A stretch of DNA of 64,000 bases from Eledone cirrhosa (Eukaryota), in assembly GCA_964016885.1 (NCBI GenBank), contig OZ024741.1, forward strand, positions 70,122,001 to 70,186,000. The letters are read 5' to 3'. Below are positions 41,526 through 54,625 of the stretch, one piece after another. Every line of letters begins with the position of its first letter. The first letter of the stretch is position 1. The position numbers and the translations under genes were made by a program. Below the pieces are notes generated by a model. It was not told where the DNA came from. It made no database searches and was given only the letters and a program-made list of their open reading frames with translations.

Positions 41526-42428
41526 ATATATATATATGTGTGTGTGTGTATAAAGAGAGAGGAGGGAGAAAGAGAGAGGAGGGAGAAAGAGGGAGGAGTA
41601 TGCGTGAGAGAGAGATAGAGAGAGATAGAGAGAGTAGTAGAGGGGGAGAGAGTGTGTATGTGTGTGTTTGCAATGTATGTGCTTATGAGTTGATGCAATC
41701 TTTTGGAGACTACTTTGATCAATTGGTTACACCGTTCAGATTACACTGGGGAGAACATCACCTTATCTTGCCATCAATACGAATAACGTGACGACCACCT
41801 GGGTGAACAGGTCCTAAGTCCGAAATCAGTACCAACTTTCAACTCCTCAAAAGAAACTTTGGTAACAATAAACTAGAAGCTGGCACATTATGTCTTCCAA
41901 AACACTAATCTTAAAAGATGCATACAGTCTGCATTCGCGCAACACAACAACGAAAAACGTTCCTTACATAATTTATGTCTAGTTTTAGAGACTTAATTCT
42001 TAAACGTTAAGGTTTTCTGTGCACATTAAAACCCTGTAACATTCCCATTATACATTGACCTTTTATTGAACTGTTCGATGTCTCCAGATGCCATCCTGCT
42101 TCTCCATGGATAATTTGTAATACCCACTCTATCGCAAATTCTAAATCGATAAAACACCCGTCACTAACTTCGAAATACTTGATACTCATATTCCTATCTG
42201 CTTTAGTTGCAACACTTGGGATTTATACGCCACGGACGTTGTTAACATATAACCATTTATTAATAAAAATTTCGTCCTTGTCTTCTCGAGATTTGTATCG
42301 TTTAAAACCCTCATACGTTTCCTTACATCAACAAACGATGATTTACATCATTTTGTTAAAAGAAAGTGCGGTGACTATAACAGGAACTTTGCGTGTACCC
42401 GCAACTGTTTTTCTTCATTAACACTCAC

Positions 42429-42517
42429 CCCCAACCTCTCCGTTTACGTTGCAGTTTCTTGTTCACTGATAGAATTCCATGCTTCTTCTGCGGGTTATTA
42501 CTCTCAGTCGAACACAT
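42429..42517 (-). CDS. Candidate first coding exon of a host gene (MCSTESNNPQKKHGILSVNKKLQRKRRGW[G]), possibly PH-domain start
   Basis: ATG at 42517, open 29 codons + 2 nt to a consensus donor GG|GTGAGT (42428-42423); unique repeat-free context; GC box upstream. Confidence 0.45.
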
Positions 42518-42939
42518 GATGTAAAATACAAGACTGAAAAATGCTTAACCATTGAAATATCCACAAAAATTAAAGGCAACACAGATTGTGTTGAGTTGCG
42601 AATGGTTGTCATCATTACAATGTGCACTGTGCTTCTGTTTTGAACTTACTAGCTTGGCATAAGTATTACGTAAAAATAAACATACAAACTTTCGGCTACT
42701 TCGACCGGATCGAATCTTTGTTTCTGAATATTTATTAAGAGATTTGAAAACAAGAACATAATTGTTATCAATAAAATCAACTCCAGTAAATTCGTAGTGT
42801 TTTTGAGAGGGCAATGTGAAAAAGAATAAGAAATAGCGGGTCTTGTATAAGTAACAGGCTGAATAGAAATAGAAAGAAATATGAGAAAGAAAAGCGTGAA
42901 TGAATTCAAATGATACGCGAATCATGAAGCTAGTTATGT

Positions 42940-42960
42940 ACAGGAAGGGCGGAGTGCTAG
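42940..42960. promoter_or_regulatory. GC box (GGGCGGAG) upstream of the candidate exon
   Basis: AGGAAGGGCGGAGTGC in a locally CpG-richer unique region. Confidence 0.25.
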
Positions 42961-43699
42961 AGAAAATCGTATATTTCTTAGAGAGGGGTGTGAAAGCGAA
43001 TAATAAGCAGGATATGTACTGGTAAAATGTCGCTCGCCTTCGGTCTTATTACAGTTACTTTCCCACTTTCCCACCATCCACCCAGAACATATCACGATAC
43101 AACTAGCTGTAAGGGTGTGCTGTGTTATCTCAGAACAACTGCCATAATATTTCATAATAGAGAACAGGAAAATTACTGAACACACACATGCATACACAGA
43201 AATACTCTGATGAGGGGATGGAGAGGCTATATTATATATATTTATTTAGTAATGGATTCAGTGTGTATGTATACATAGTGTTCTACTTTGTAATTCAGTT
43301 AAATCTAATTTCATCTCTATCAAGTTTCTTTAAAATGCTCTCTGTGAAATCAACAACAATGTCAGTTATATAACCTAACTATACGGTCACTATATACTAC
43401 AAATAAAAAAAATGTACGTCATGTTTGACAATGTAATTACTGATGTACAAAATGGTGGGGTGGTCACGGCTGAAACCAAGCTCGTTGACAGACTTTGGGG
43501 GTTGCTAGAGAAGATTCTGGGTAGGCACTCTAATTCTCGAGGGAATATTTTGACCAGCTTTTTGGGGTAACTTTTTAAAAATTATATTTTGTGTTTGTTC
43601 TTTTTTGTGAAGACTTCATAGAATATATTTCAGGACGTTTATATGTGTGTGTATATATATATGTATTGAAAAATGTGTGAAATCCTTGGTATAAAGTTA

Positions 43700-43908
43700 G
43701 GTATATTTGGAAAAAGCAAAAAGGAAAAGAATGACTTCACTTGTAGTTGGTGTTCTAAACAATTTAATTTTATAATTTTACAATTTTGCTATGTAGATCT
43801 AAGTCCTAAATAGCAAAAATTGTAAAATTGTAAAATTATAAAATTAAATTGTTTAGAACACCAACTACAAGTGAAGTCATTCTTTTCCTTTTTTCAAATA
43901 TATATACC
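43700..43908. repeat. Near-perfect fold-back palindrome (~75-90 bp arms)
   Basis: AAAGGAAAAGAATGACTTCACTTGTAGTTGGTGTTCTAAACAATTTAATTTTATAATTTTACAATTTT and its reverse complement. Confidence 0.9.
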
Positions 43909-44261
43909 ATATATGCCAGCGTACAAGTCGATCCGGCGCATAGGTCGATTCCTAAGATTCTGAGATGTAATTCTCATACCCAAGACATATAAATCAAACA
44001 CCTATACGCTACCTCGTGCACCATCCATATTTCACTTTAAACCAACCACTGACAAGCACAATGTACTGGTATTGGGAAGACAGACGTTATCAAGCTGCAA
44101 CTGTCATATTACGTAGTTTCTGTATGTGTGTGTGACAACATATCCATCTTCTTTGTTTAATGAGATGTATTCTGACTTGGTAACATTTATGTGTAGACCA
44201 ATTTCCTGGCAGAGAATTCGACTTTATGAAAAAGTTGTGTCTAGTTCAGCTGAGGAGGCTC

Positions 44262-45960
44262 AAACATTTCAAGTATTGGAGGAGTAGGCATGATGTTAAG
44301 TAAAAGAACAGAAGAATCTTTACCCTGTACTGAGTCTGTAACACCAAGAATAATGATAGCAATCTTCAATGTAAATCCAAAGCTAACCATAATCTGTTGT
44401 TATAGTCTTACTAATACTACAGAATTAGAGACTGTTGAACATTTTTACAATGAACTTTCAGGTTTAATGCGTGAAGTCCCAAAATATAACCTAACTCTCG
44501 TCGCAGGAGATTTTAATGTAAAGATTGAACAAGACAAGCTTAACGGGTTTTGCTTTCATGACAAACAGACAGAAATGGGGAATTGTTGTTAGATCTTTTA
44601 ACTGTATGTAATCTGACTGATTTTGAAGTTAAGTATAATTAAAAAACTAGGAAAGTTGTGGACATTTAGATATCCAAATGGTGCCCAAAGTCCACTTGAT
44701 CATATTTTAATAAATAATAAATGGAAAAATTGTGCAATGAACTGGGAAGCTTATAACTCTTTCTTATCACTAGATTCACATCATCGTCCCATTACAGCAA
44801 GCATCAGATTATCACTAAGATGTAACAAAACTAACAAGACAAAGAAAATTCCCTTTGGCTGTTCTGCACTAAACACAAATGAGAACATGAGGGAAAATGA
44901 CACAGTTGAAATTAGTAACAGCTAGCATGCTCTTCAATACAAATCTCATCACAACTCTGCCAATACAATGTATGAAAACATGATTGAAACACATACAGAG
45001 GCTGCGGAACTGCACATATCTTTGAAATCGGGCAAAGCAAAGAAGAAGGTCCCATAAGGAAAAGGAAAGTTCCTATTCTAAAAACATACTTCATTTGGCT
45101 GAAAGAAACAACCAACTTATAGTTAAAGCTAAATGGAATGTAGATGAAGCTTATATCAAAGAACAAGAAAGCTACACTAGGGAGAAAGTAGAACTACTGC
45201 ATAATGTCCCCTTCAACACTTAAATTGAAAAACTAAGCTTGCATGGAGTGTTATCAACAAAATACGAGGATCGGTTGAAAAGTTCATAGGTTAAATATGC
45301 AGGAGTGATACTAGAGCTATGAAATCTTGCATGCATTAATTTCAACTTTTCTTATTAATAACTGCATAGTTTCTTTCCAGTGGCTATATTGAAAATAAAC
45401 CTCATTTGATCATTCCATGAAAGTGTTGGTCAGCCTATGAACTTTTTAGCTAAACCTTGTAACTGGAAGAAAGAAATCCAGCCAAGATAAGATAAAAGCT
45501 GAAAAGCATGAAAAGCTGAAAAGCTGAAAAGCATGAAAAAAGTTGTGAAAGGAGCATTTTGTTAAGTTACTTGGAAAACGTCCCTTGAAAGTTGAAGGAA
45601 ATATTGACAAGGTATTTAACCTACATCATGTTGTTGGGGATTTTACAATGCAGAAGTTGAAAGATACAATCTAGTATCAAAACAACAAAGCCACAGAAGT
45701 ATGGAAAGTGTGCATGAACGATGAGCTGCTTGAAATATTCCAAAAGATCTTTAAAGGAGATCTACTGAAAATCTGGAGAAAAGGTGGAATAGTGCCTCTA
45801 CCGAAGAAGTGTACCCGAGGATGTACAGAAAATTACAGAGGAATTACTTTGTCAGTAGTTTCTACAAGGGAATAAGACCACATCTAATCCCGAAACTCAG
45901 AAAAAAACAAAATGGTTTCAAACAGAACAGATCAACAGTTTCACAAATATTGGCAGTCGA
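44262..45960 (+). mobile_element. Decayed RTE-superfamily (RTE-X-like) LINE: APE endonuclease to start of RT
   Basis: GVGMML, IICCYS, AGDFNVKI, WTFRYPNG..LDHILIN, SHHRPI; RT start IVPLPKK..NYRGITL..QNGF..RST; many stops and frameshifts. Confidence 0.85.
45265..45459. mobile_element. Mariner-type MITE inserted in the LINE
   Basis: TIRs CGAGGATCGGTTGAAAAGTTCATAGG / CCTATGAACTTTTTAGCTAAACCTTG; TA duplicated; LINE reads INKI|TGRK across it. Confidence 0.85.
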
Positions 45961-45964
45961 TTAT

Positions 45965-46720
45965 AACGTCCTAGTATTTGACTGATATTTTATTTTTACC
46001 AGTCCCTAGAAAAATGAAAGGCAACGTTGACCTCGGTGAGATTTGAATTGTAGCTCTAGCGTTTCGGCCAATTAATATTACTAACAGATGAAATCTCTAA
46101 GTGGTCACTCAGCCGGTAAAAAATAGCATTCTGTGAAACCATATCTCACTATCTTAAAAATGACATTGAATAATGCAATATTGGGGGTAAGCTGCACATA
46201 GAACAGATGGAATGTTCTCGGCTAGAATTGCTTTTGATCCGAGATCTGCTGATTCGGGGATGATCTTGGGTTAAACTTGCAGATCCTAAGCCGGTTTAAA
46301 CAATGATAATTCAGTTGTTCGACCAGATAACTGTCCTACTCATTAAATTAATATGTAAGTAGCTAAACATGGAGGCGAATTGGCAGAGTAGTTAGGGCGT
46401 CGGATTAGAAATGCCTCAGTATTTCTTTCGACTCACCCAATTCAAATTGGTGTCAAAGAAATTTTGCCTTTCATTCTTTCGAGGGTGATAAATAAAGAAC
46501 CACTTCAGAACTGAAGTTGATTTGATTTCCTCTCTCTTTCTCTGGAAGAAATCAGCTACATTCTGACCTGGAGAGGGATGGTCTCCGCCAGGTTTAAGAA
46601 TCCTTTACTTTAAGCTGCTAAACATTCCATAGGCACGCTTAACACAATTCTCAGGTCGAATAAGAGTGACTAGATATGTGACAAGGTCAGGCCTTCGAAT
46701 TGTGGGCACTATCTATCCGA
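45965..46720. mobile_element. Old SINE family A/B fragments
   Basis: Diverged core motifs at ~45970-46050 (-), 46370-46520 (+), 46620-46710. Confidence 0.6.
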
Positions 46721-48181
46721 CGGACTTCTATACAGTTTGTGTCTACCCAACATAACACATAACATAATTCATATAAAAATGAGAAATCTCGCTAGAACAG
46801 CCGTCAAAACAGCCAAATGCTGTTAATGACAGCGATGGGCAAAAATGCCGCTGAGGACAGAGACCAGTGTCCTGTGGTCGGCAGAGAGAGACAATCCTCG
46901 AGGTGGGTGACAGGCAGACGAAATATAGAAAAGATCGAGGGGGGGGGGGGGGGGCAAGGAGAAGTAAGTGTGTTGGCTCATAGAACTGACTGGAAGAAGG
47001 AAATAAAGAAAGGCTAGTACACACACAATATAACACAACATAACATTGCATCAGTGATTATAACTTGGCTGTCTTTGCTCAAACACGGATATCTGCAGAA
47101 ACTCAACATGGGAGTTCAACCTACAAAAAGTAACAACCACATTTCCGTCTTAAAAACCAGAAAGACATATTAAATGTGTCAGCAATTGACATAGGTGGTC
47201 AATTGGCAAAGTCGTTAGAGCGTTGGACTAAAATACATTGTGGTAGTTATTTCTGCGCTCTGGGTTCCAACCCCACTGCGTCAATATAGTTTCAATCCAG
47301 GACGATGCGTTGGTGGAATTGTTAGAGCATCGGACGTGATGTCTTGTAGTATCTTTTTCGGCCCTTTACGTTCCGATGTCGCCTGTGACGTCCCTAGCGC
47401 TCAAGGCTGGCTTAATCATTAAATAAAATAAGCACCTACTTAGGACATCAAAGGAAGAAAAGGGCAGCATTTTATACAAATTACATTTGCCATGACCCTA
47501 ATAAATAAATGGAATAAACAAATGGAAGTAGTGTTTGGGGATTCTGCCCCACGACCCTGCCAGGATTAAGTGAGCGAAGAAGAAGAAATAAATTGCAAAC
47601 TTTATATATGGGGGAGGGGTTGCACTTAATAATCCTTTAAGTGTTTAGGGCCTCAAAAAGACTTAACTAGAGTCTGCTGGTGCCAAGCTATATCAGTTTT
47701 TGGCTTTCTCTTGGAAAAAAATTAGTGACATAGAAAGGGAAATATGCACGTTGTTCTTCCACAAAACAACTTGCCTTGGAGAGGATCTTTCTGTTGGAAA
47801 CCCATGGTTAACCATGACCGAAGAGGGACCTTAAATCATTGGAGATTCCAGCCATATTCATCTCAAGTCTGAATCAAAAAGCAGGAATATCACGCATAGA
47901 ATGGGTTGTTTTTTTTTGGGGGGGGGGGGGGGGGGTTCGTAGTTCTGCTGGATCTGGGGGTCTAAGCTCCACTATTAACAAATAAGTCAATGTGTGTTTA
48001 CAATTCTATTCCACTTCACCCCACACCATTAAGACTAGGGAGCTGGGTCTGTGGAACCACACCTCCACCCTACTGGCCGTCCAGCACCATTTAATACATA
48101 AACGGCCACACCCCCGCCTCAGTCGTTCTGTCTGACTCCCATTCAGGTCCACAGCTACAATAATAATATACACATGTGGGG

Positions 48182-48214
<33 letters not shown>

Positions 48215-48238
48215 TGTATCTATCTATCTATCTATGAG

Positions 48239-48278
<40 letters not shown>

Positions 48279-48302
48279 CTCATACATAGATAGATAGATA
48301 CA

Positions 48303-48376
<74 letters not shown>

Positions 48377-48410
48377 ATTGTATTTATGCATGTACGCTAA
48401 TACGCACACG

Positions 48411-48448
<38 letters not shown>

Positions 48449-48659
48449 TAAAAATATACACACACGCGTATATATATATATGTATATTTATATATGTACA
48501 TAGGTACATATATATGTGTATGGGTATACATACACATTCATATATACACGTACATATATGTGTATGTGTACGTGTGTTTTGATGGGGAACTTAAGATATC
48601 TATCAAACGTATCATAAATATAGTTAGACCGGAGGTTACAGAAGGTTGTGTCAAGGACG

Positions 48660-48844
48660 ACTTACAAGAACAACAACAAAAACTACTACTACTACTACTA
48701 CTACAATAAAAAACGATAACTTCAACAAAAACAGCAACAACAACCACAACAGCTACATCATTAAACCGCAACAACTGCAACAACAACAACTACAACAACA
48801 AACGGCATTAACAGGAAAAACAGCAACAGCAACAACAACAACAA

Positions 48845-48875
<31 letters not shown>

Positions 48876-49330
48876 AGTAAAAACAGCTACAACAATAACA
48901 ATAACAGCAGCAAAAACAGCTACAACAATAACAACAACAGCAAAACCAGCTACAGCAATAACAACAAAAACAGCTACAACAACAACAACGATAGCCACAA
49001 CAATAACAACAAAAACAGCCACAACAATAACAACAGCAAAAGCAGCTACAACAATAACAACAGCCACAACAATAACAACAGCAAAAGCAGCTACAACAAT
49101 AACAACAGCCACAACAATAACAACAGCAAAAGCAGCTACAACAATAACAACAGCCACAACAAAAACAGCTACAACAATAACAACAGCAAAAACAGCTACA
49201 ACAGTTACAACAATAAACGGCAAAAACAACAACAACCACAACAACCACAACAACAGCTCTAACAGGAACGACAACAACAGCTACAACAGAAACGACAACA
49301 ACAACAACCACAACAACAACAGCTATAACA
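48660..49330. repeat. (ACA)-rich minisatellite with AAAACAGCTACAACAATAACAACAGC-type units
   Basis: Direct reading. Confidence 0.9.
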
Positions 49331-49814
49331 GGAACGAGAACATATCAACACATTTTCGTCTTCAAATTTATAACATTCATTAAGAGTGGCAAGATAGGTT
49401 TCTTAAAGCCGTGTCTTCATAGAGTCTTCTCGCGACAGCACTTAACTGGAACCATCACAACTGAACTGGAACCGGAGTTTTCAGTGCTAAACTAGCCGTG
49501 GTTCATAAAATATTATACCCTGGGAGAGAAGAGAGTGGGGGGACTAGTCAGTTGGAATCTAGATTGGTGAGGGCTGGAGCTGGGGGTATAAGAGTAGTAT
49601 AGTAAAAAGACTACCAGATCCAACACATGCCATACACATTTTAAACACTCATATTTAACGCGCGCACGCACAGGCTCTTTCTCACACACATACACTTATA
49701 TACGCAAACGCACACATACAGACACATATATATGCAAACGCACATATACATGCTCACAAATATGATACAATATGTGTGTATATGTGTGTGCGTGTCTATA
49801 CATGTATGTATGTA

Positions 49815-50184
49815 AGTGTATGTATGTATGTGTACGTATGTATGTGCGTGCGTGTGTTTTTATGTATGTGTCTGCATATGTATATATTTTATATTTATGT
49901 ATATATGTATGAATGTATGTATATGTATATACGTATGTATATATGCATGTATATATATATATATATATATATACATATATATGCATGTATACATACATTT
50001 GTATATATGTATGAATGTATGTATATGTATATATGTATATATGTATGTATATACATATATACATATGTGTACGTATGTATGTGCGTGCGTGTGTTTTTAT
50101 GTATGTGTATGCATATGTATATATTTTATATTTATGTATATATGTATGAATGTATTTATATGTATATACGTATGTATAAATGTA

Positions 50185-50226
<42 letters not shown>

Positions 50227-50330
50227 TATGCATGTATACATACATTTGTATATATGTATGAATGTATGTATATGTATATATGTATGTATATACATATATA
50301 CATATGCATGTATACATATATATGTATATA
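49815..50330. repeat. Compound microsatellite with ~237 bp tandem duplication
   Basis: GTGTACGTATGTATGTGCGTGCGTGTGTTTTTATGTATGTGT at ~49829 and ~50066. Confidence 0.75.
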
Positions 50331-50349
50331 TTTATGTATTAATTTGAAG

Positions 50350-50830
50350 GCAGCATGGGAGAATAAGAGGTTCAGTTTGCAATTATTAGGTACCGGGTTC
50401 AATACGTGATATCTTAGGCAAGTGCCATTTAACATCGCCTCGGGTCGACCCATTCCATGTAAATGAAATTGGGTAGACCTAAACTGTGTAGAAGCCTGTC
50501 AAATGTACTGTACCTATAGTTCAAACTTTAAGCTTTGTCACACACTGAGTCACGCTCAATCTCCTTGAGAATTACGTTAAAAGTAGAAGTGTCTGTAGAA
50601 TGCTCAGCCACCTATATATATATATATTTGTGAAGGCGTGTCGCTGAGTGGTTAGAGAATTGGATTCGTAAGGTTGTGAGTTCGATTCCTGGACCAGGCG
50701 ATGCGTTATGTCCTTGAGCAAGACACTTTATTCCACGTTGCTCCATCTAACTGGAGTTGCGACCGATAGATAGTATTAGCAATTGGAAAGACCAACAGAA
50801 ACATTGTTTCCTCGGTCCGATTTGACGGAA
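50350..50830 (+). mobile_element. Two SINE family B copies
   Basis: tRNA-like head GTCGCTGAGTGGTTAGAG..GAGTTCGATTCC then GTCCTTGAGCAAGACACTTTATT. Confidence 0.75.
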
Positions 50831-50846
50831 GTCGATCGTTCCTAAA

Positions 50847-50901
<55 letters not shown>

Positions 50902-50925
50902 GAGGATTTGCTTCGAAGACACTAG

Positions 50926-51018
50926 ACATATCTGAGGAACTTGCGAATCCAGAGTCAGGTTCAATCCACAAATCGATCGCACCTCGAGTTGTTCGCCGGA
51001 GAAACAATTGTAATACGT
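50926..51018 (+). ncRNA. Type-I hammerhead motif with long stem-II insertion, in (TA)n island 50897-51062
   Basis: Stem I ACATAT/ATACGT, CTGAGGA, stem II GCGAA/TTCGC, GAAA, palindromic stem III ACAATTGT, GUA triplet. Confidence 0.65.
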
Positions 51019-51060
51019 TAGTAAATTGTATTCCGATGCATCACTGATTCTTCGTTTTCC

Positions 51061-51106
<46 letters not shown>

Positions 51107-51107
<1 letters not shown>

Positions 51108-51271
51108 CGAAGGAAATGTGGTAAGGAACCAGGTGGACCATAACGCACCAAAGTACTCAATACTTAGGGTAGTAGAGTGGGTAATAGGAACAAGTAAGAC
51201 CCCGACGGCTGAGTCCAGAATTAGCCGTCGAAACGGCTTGAGCTCAGCCGTCGGGGTCTTACTTGTTCCTA
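51107..51271. mobile_element. 'GACGGCTGAGCT' family island with fold-back (copy 3)
   Basis: ATAGGAACAAGTAAGACCCCGACGGCTGAG / CTCAGCCGTCGGGGTCTTACTTGTTCCTAT; (TA)n both sides. Confidence 0.85.
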
Positions 51272-51315
51272 TATATATATATATATATATATTTCTTTTA
51301 TTTGCCACTGGGGCA

Positions 51316-51355
<40 letters not shown>

Positions 51356-51373
51356 TGTGTGTGTATGTGTATG

Positions 51374-51419
<46 letters not shown>

Positions 51420-51660
51420 GAAAAAAAGATTAAATCGAAAATGCAACTGTGGTGAGAAAAACCACAGACCCCCCCCCCCCCCCCCTCTCAACTCTACTTT
51501 TGAAAAGCAGAACTGCTAAACCGGTAAAGGAACCAAATAAATATATATATATATTTTTAAATAAGCCTCCAGTTGCATTTTCGATTTCATCTTTTTTTCT
51601 TTATACTTTCACTCGTGTCGGATAACCTGGTTATTTTTCATTTTGTAAAAAAAACCTCAC

Positions 51661-51741
<81 letters not shown>

Positions 51742-51771
51742 CTGAATAACAGACAAATTAAATAATCTTTG

Positions 51772-51808
<37 letters not shown>

Positions 51809-52144
51809 TCTTTCTCTTAGATTTCAAGTATTTTTTAAAAGCAAAGCGTTGGCACCTAAAATACTAGAGTGGGCCCTGCAATGCTACTTTGGGCCCTTGC
51901 AATGCTACCGTGGGCCCCCTTCATTTGGCCAATATTTTAAAACCTAGTCCGCCACTGTGTATATATAATGCCAATCATTGTAAGTTTGAATCTAACTGAC
52001 ATGCAAAAGCATATATATAGGAATAAGGTAACCCAAAATCATAGTAGATTCAAATATCACAGAGAGAAAGCGAGAGAGAGAGAGAGAGAGGGGGGAGCGT
52101 GTGTGTGAGAGAGTGTGTGTGTGAGAGAAAGAGGAGGGTGAGAA

Positions 52145-52801
52145 ATGAGGTGGAACAGAAATGAAACATAGATTACAGGTTAAACTGTAGTCTAGATAGA
52201 TGAGAAACAAAACGAGGATGTAGTTTATGGAACACCCAAATGATTTAGAAGTCGACCTTAGTGGTAGCAATAACATTAAAAAAGACATGAACGACACCAC
52301 AACACTTAGAAAGTAGGTTTATAAGTATGAATTTTCATAAGATTTTCGTAGTTGACTCTGTGTCCGAGCGGTAGGTACTAGAGACGGTGGAGATCCTGGC
52401 CTTGGGTTCAATCCTGGTCAAGAGGTGCCGGTAACCTTTTTCAGTTTTTATTTTACAACCAATAGAAAAAAAACTGGAAAGGTTTACTGGGAACCCTACT
52501 CCCGACAAGGATCGAACTTCAGACCTAGATCACCACCCTCTATGAATCCTCCAACTAGGCCACTGAGACAGCTACAAAAGTATAGTGAATATTGATAACT
52601 ATAAACCTACTTTCAAAATCAAAGTTAGAAAGATTTGGTGTCGTTCATGGCTTTTCTAGAGCTATTAGTAATATTTAGGGTCGACTTCTGGTCATCATTG
52701 AAAGCCTCTGGATTTCGCAAAATACATAATATTTTTTTTATTGGAGAAGGTAAGATATTTTTCCGCAAAAATTTGATTTCACTGTTTTGTTCCACTTATG
52801 T
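52145..52801. mobile_element. Long imperfect palindrome with two convergent tRNA-like heads
   Basis: AGAAGTCGACC/GGTCGACTTCT, CATGAACGACACCA/TGGTGTCGTTCATG, GAAAGTAGGTTTATA/TATAAACCTACTTTC; A/B boxes at 52361/52405 (+) and 52562/52518 (-). Confidence 0.75.
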
Positions 52802-52949
52802 ATTTTCGAAAATTTTATTTATTCATTATAAAAAAATTAAATGATAGCATTCTATATGTAGGTGGGCCCCCTTCATCTCCTGGTGACCAATATTTTTAGA
52901 CCCAGTCCGCCACTGTATGTATATATGTATATATATAATTGAAACAAAT

Positions 52950-53165
52950 TGGAGACACAGAGGAGCAAGAATAGGCATTGAGCAGATCACAGCATGTGTG
53001 ACGATGAAAGAGCTTTGATAATTAAATAGCCATTGGGTTACTAAACTAGCAGAGGAATGGATTATCTACCTGACCAATAATAAAACCGAAACTCGACTGC
53101 CGTGTGTGTGTTTTATTTATCTGTTTCAACACACAATTTCACATCAAGAATCTTGAAAAATGATT
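52950..53165 (+). mobile_element. Penelope-like terminal repeat remnant
   Basis: TCACAGCATGTGTGACGATGAAAGAGCTTTGA and CACACAATTTCACATCAAGAATCTTG match the 41215 and 56831-58355 repeats. Confidence 0.65.
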
Positions 53166-53203
53166 ATAAAAACGAAGTATATATATATATATATTTACGT
53201 AGA

Positions 53204-53310
<107 letters not shown>

Positions 53311-53869
53311 TATAAAACTATAAGTGTGAAGAAGAGAGTTAAAATTTACCTAACTTTTCTTCTTAGTCCGGAGAAATTAACTAAATAAATAATCACGGAG
53401 CTAAATTTAAATTATAAGTATGAAAAAAATAAAAAAGACAAATGTGCTATGTGGACTACACTCATATGTGTATCTGTGCTTATGTATAAATGTGTATGTG
53501 TATCATATGACTGTGTATATATATATATATATGTATATGTATGTGTGTGTGTATAAATATATATAAGTATATATATATATATGTGTGTGTGTGTATACAT
53601 ATATCGTTTAACAATTTAATAATACATCTTTATAAACCTGGCATTTATACGAATAAGATCTATTTGTCAGACTTTAATGTTTAAGTTTTGTTTAGCTATC
53701 ACACCTAAAGCCTTCTCGAAATAACGCCTTTAATATTGAAGCTTCTACATCTTTCCTTTCGTCTTTGTGTACACGGTGAGATCCAATTTTTTTTAAATGA
53801 TGTTTTCTGTAAATATAGTATCTCTAACGAAATGAATGTGACTGTTCTGTTTTTGTTGTAGACTTTAGC

Positions 53870-54010
53870 AGATAGCTTATTCGCGTCTATATAGGTTTTA
53901 CAAATCTCAAGGGAATCTTTGGTTAAGTTTCGTAAACATTTTGGCAGGCAGTTATATAATTATGGACCTTTAAATGCCAAGATGTTACTGTATTATTCTT
54001 GAAATGTGAC
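53870..54010 (-). mobile_element. CR1-group LINE 3' ORF remnant
   Basis: LAFKGP*LYNCLPKCLRNLT resembles the GPxLxNxLPxxLR motif. Confidence 0.5.
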
Positions 54011-54019
54011 GAATGCAAC

Positions 54020-54625
54020 AGGGCCGAATGGTTAAGGAGCTTACTTTGCAATTATAAGGTTCTCTGTTCGTTTCCACTCCGTGATTTCTTCTTCTTGAGC
54101 GATCCCTTTTTTGAAGGTGAAGTCTTCATTTTTGCTTTTTCTAATGGCTAGAATATATGCTGCTCGACACACCTACATAAACATCCACACCATAGATGTT
54201 CTCCAAGGAAAAGGCAATGACCGATACAGCTTGGCACCAGTGATGTCACAACTCATTTCTACAGCTGAGTAAACTGGAACAGCGTAAAATAAAGTGTTTT
54301 GTTGAAGGACACAACGCACCACCCGATCCAAGAATCGAACTCACAACCTTACGATTGCAAGCCAAATGCTCTAACCACTAAGCCATGTGATATCTTAATT
54401 CGGTGTTATTTACCATAGACCTTTGTAAATGAAGTTGGATAACCGCAAACTGCTTAGAAACTCGTCGGATGGACAGTACTTGCAATTCAAAAAGCTAACC
54501 TTATCATAAGGTGTGTCACGCAGATTCTTCCAGACGATTTCATACATGTGTCTATGAAATGCGCATCAACTTGCACGTTCAGATCGAACAACTGGAACAC
54601 TCATCGCCGAAATCAACGGAGGTCC
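54020..54625. mobile_element. Nested SINE family B copies
   Basis: Head GGCCGAATGGTTAAGGAGC (+); - copy 54200-54390 ending CTCTAACCACTAAGCCA; body 54440-54620. Confidence 0.65.

Noticed and set aside
42007-42925. ORFs 42007-42189, 42545-42925 and 42649-42909
   Set aside because: No recognisable domain; more consistent with intron and 5' UTR around the candidate exon
47690-47900. LPQNNLPWRG, resembling a hAT transposase motif
   Set aside because: Single short motif with broken frames; insufficient support
48646-49383. 245-aa Thr/Ala-rich mucin- or antifreeze-like ORF
   Set aside because: Entirely an (ACA)-based minisatellite, open in several frames, with no signal peptide or splice evidence
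50632-50700. tRNA gene candidates (also 37165, 52355 and the SINE heads)
   Set aside because: A/B boxes are present but no complete cloverleaf could be drawn; they continue into repeat bodies
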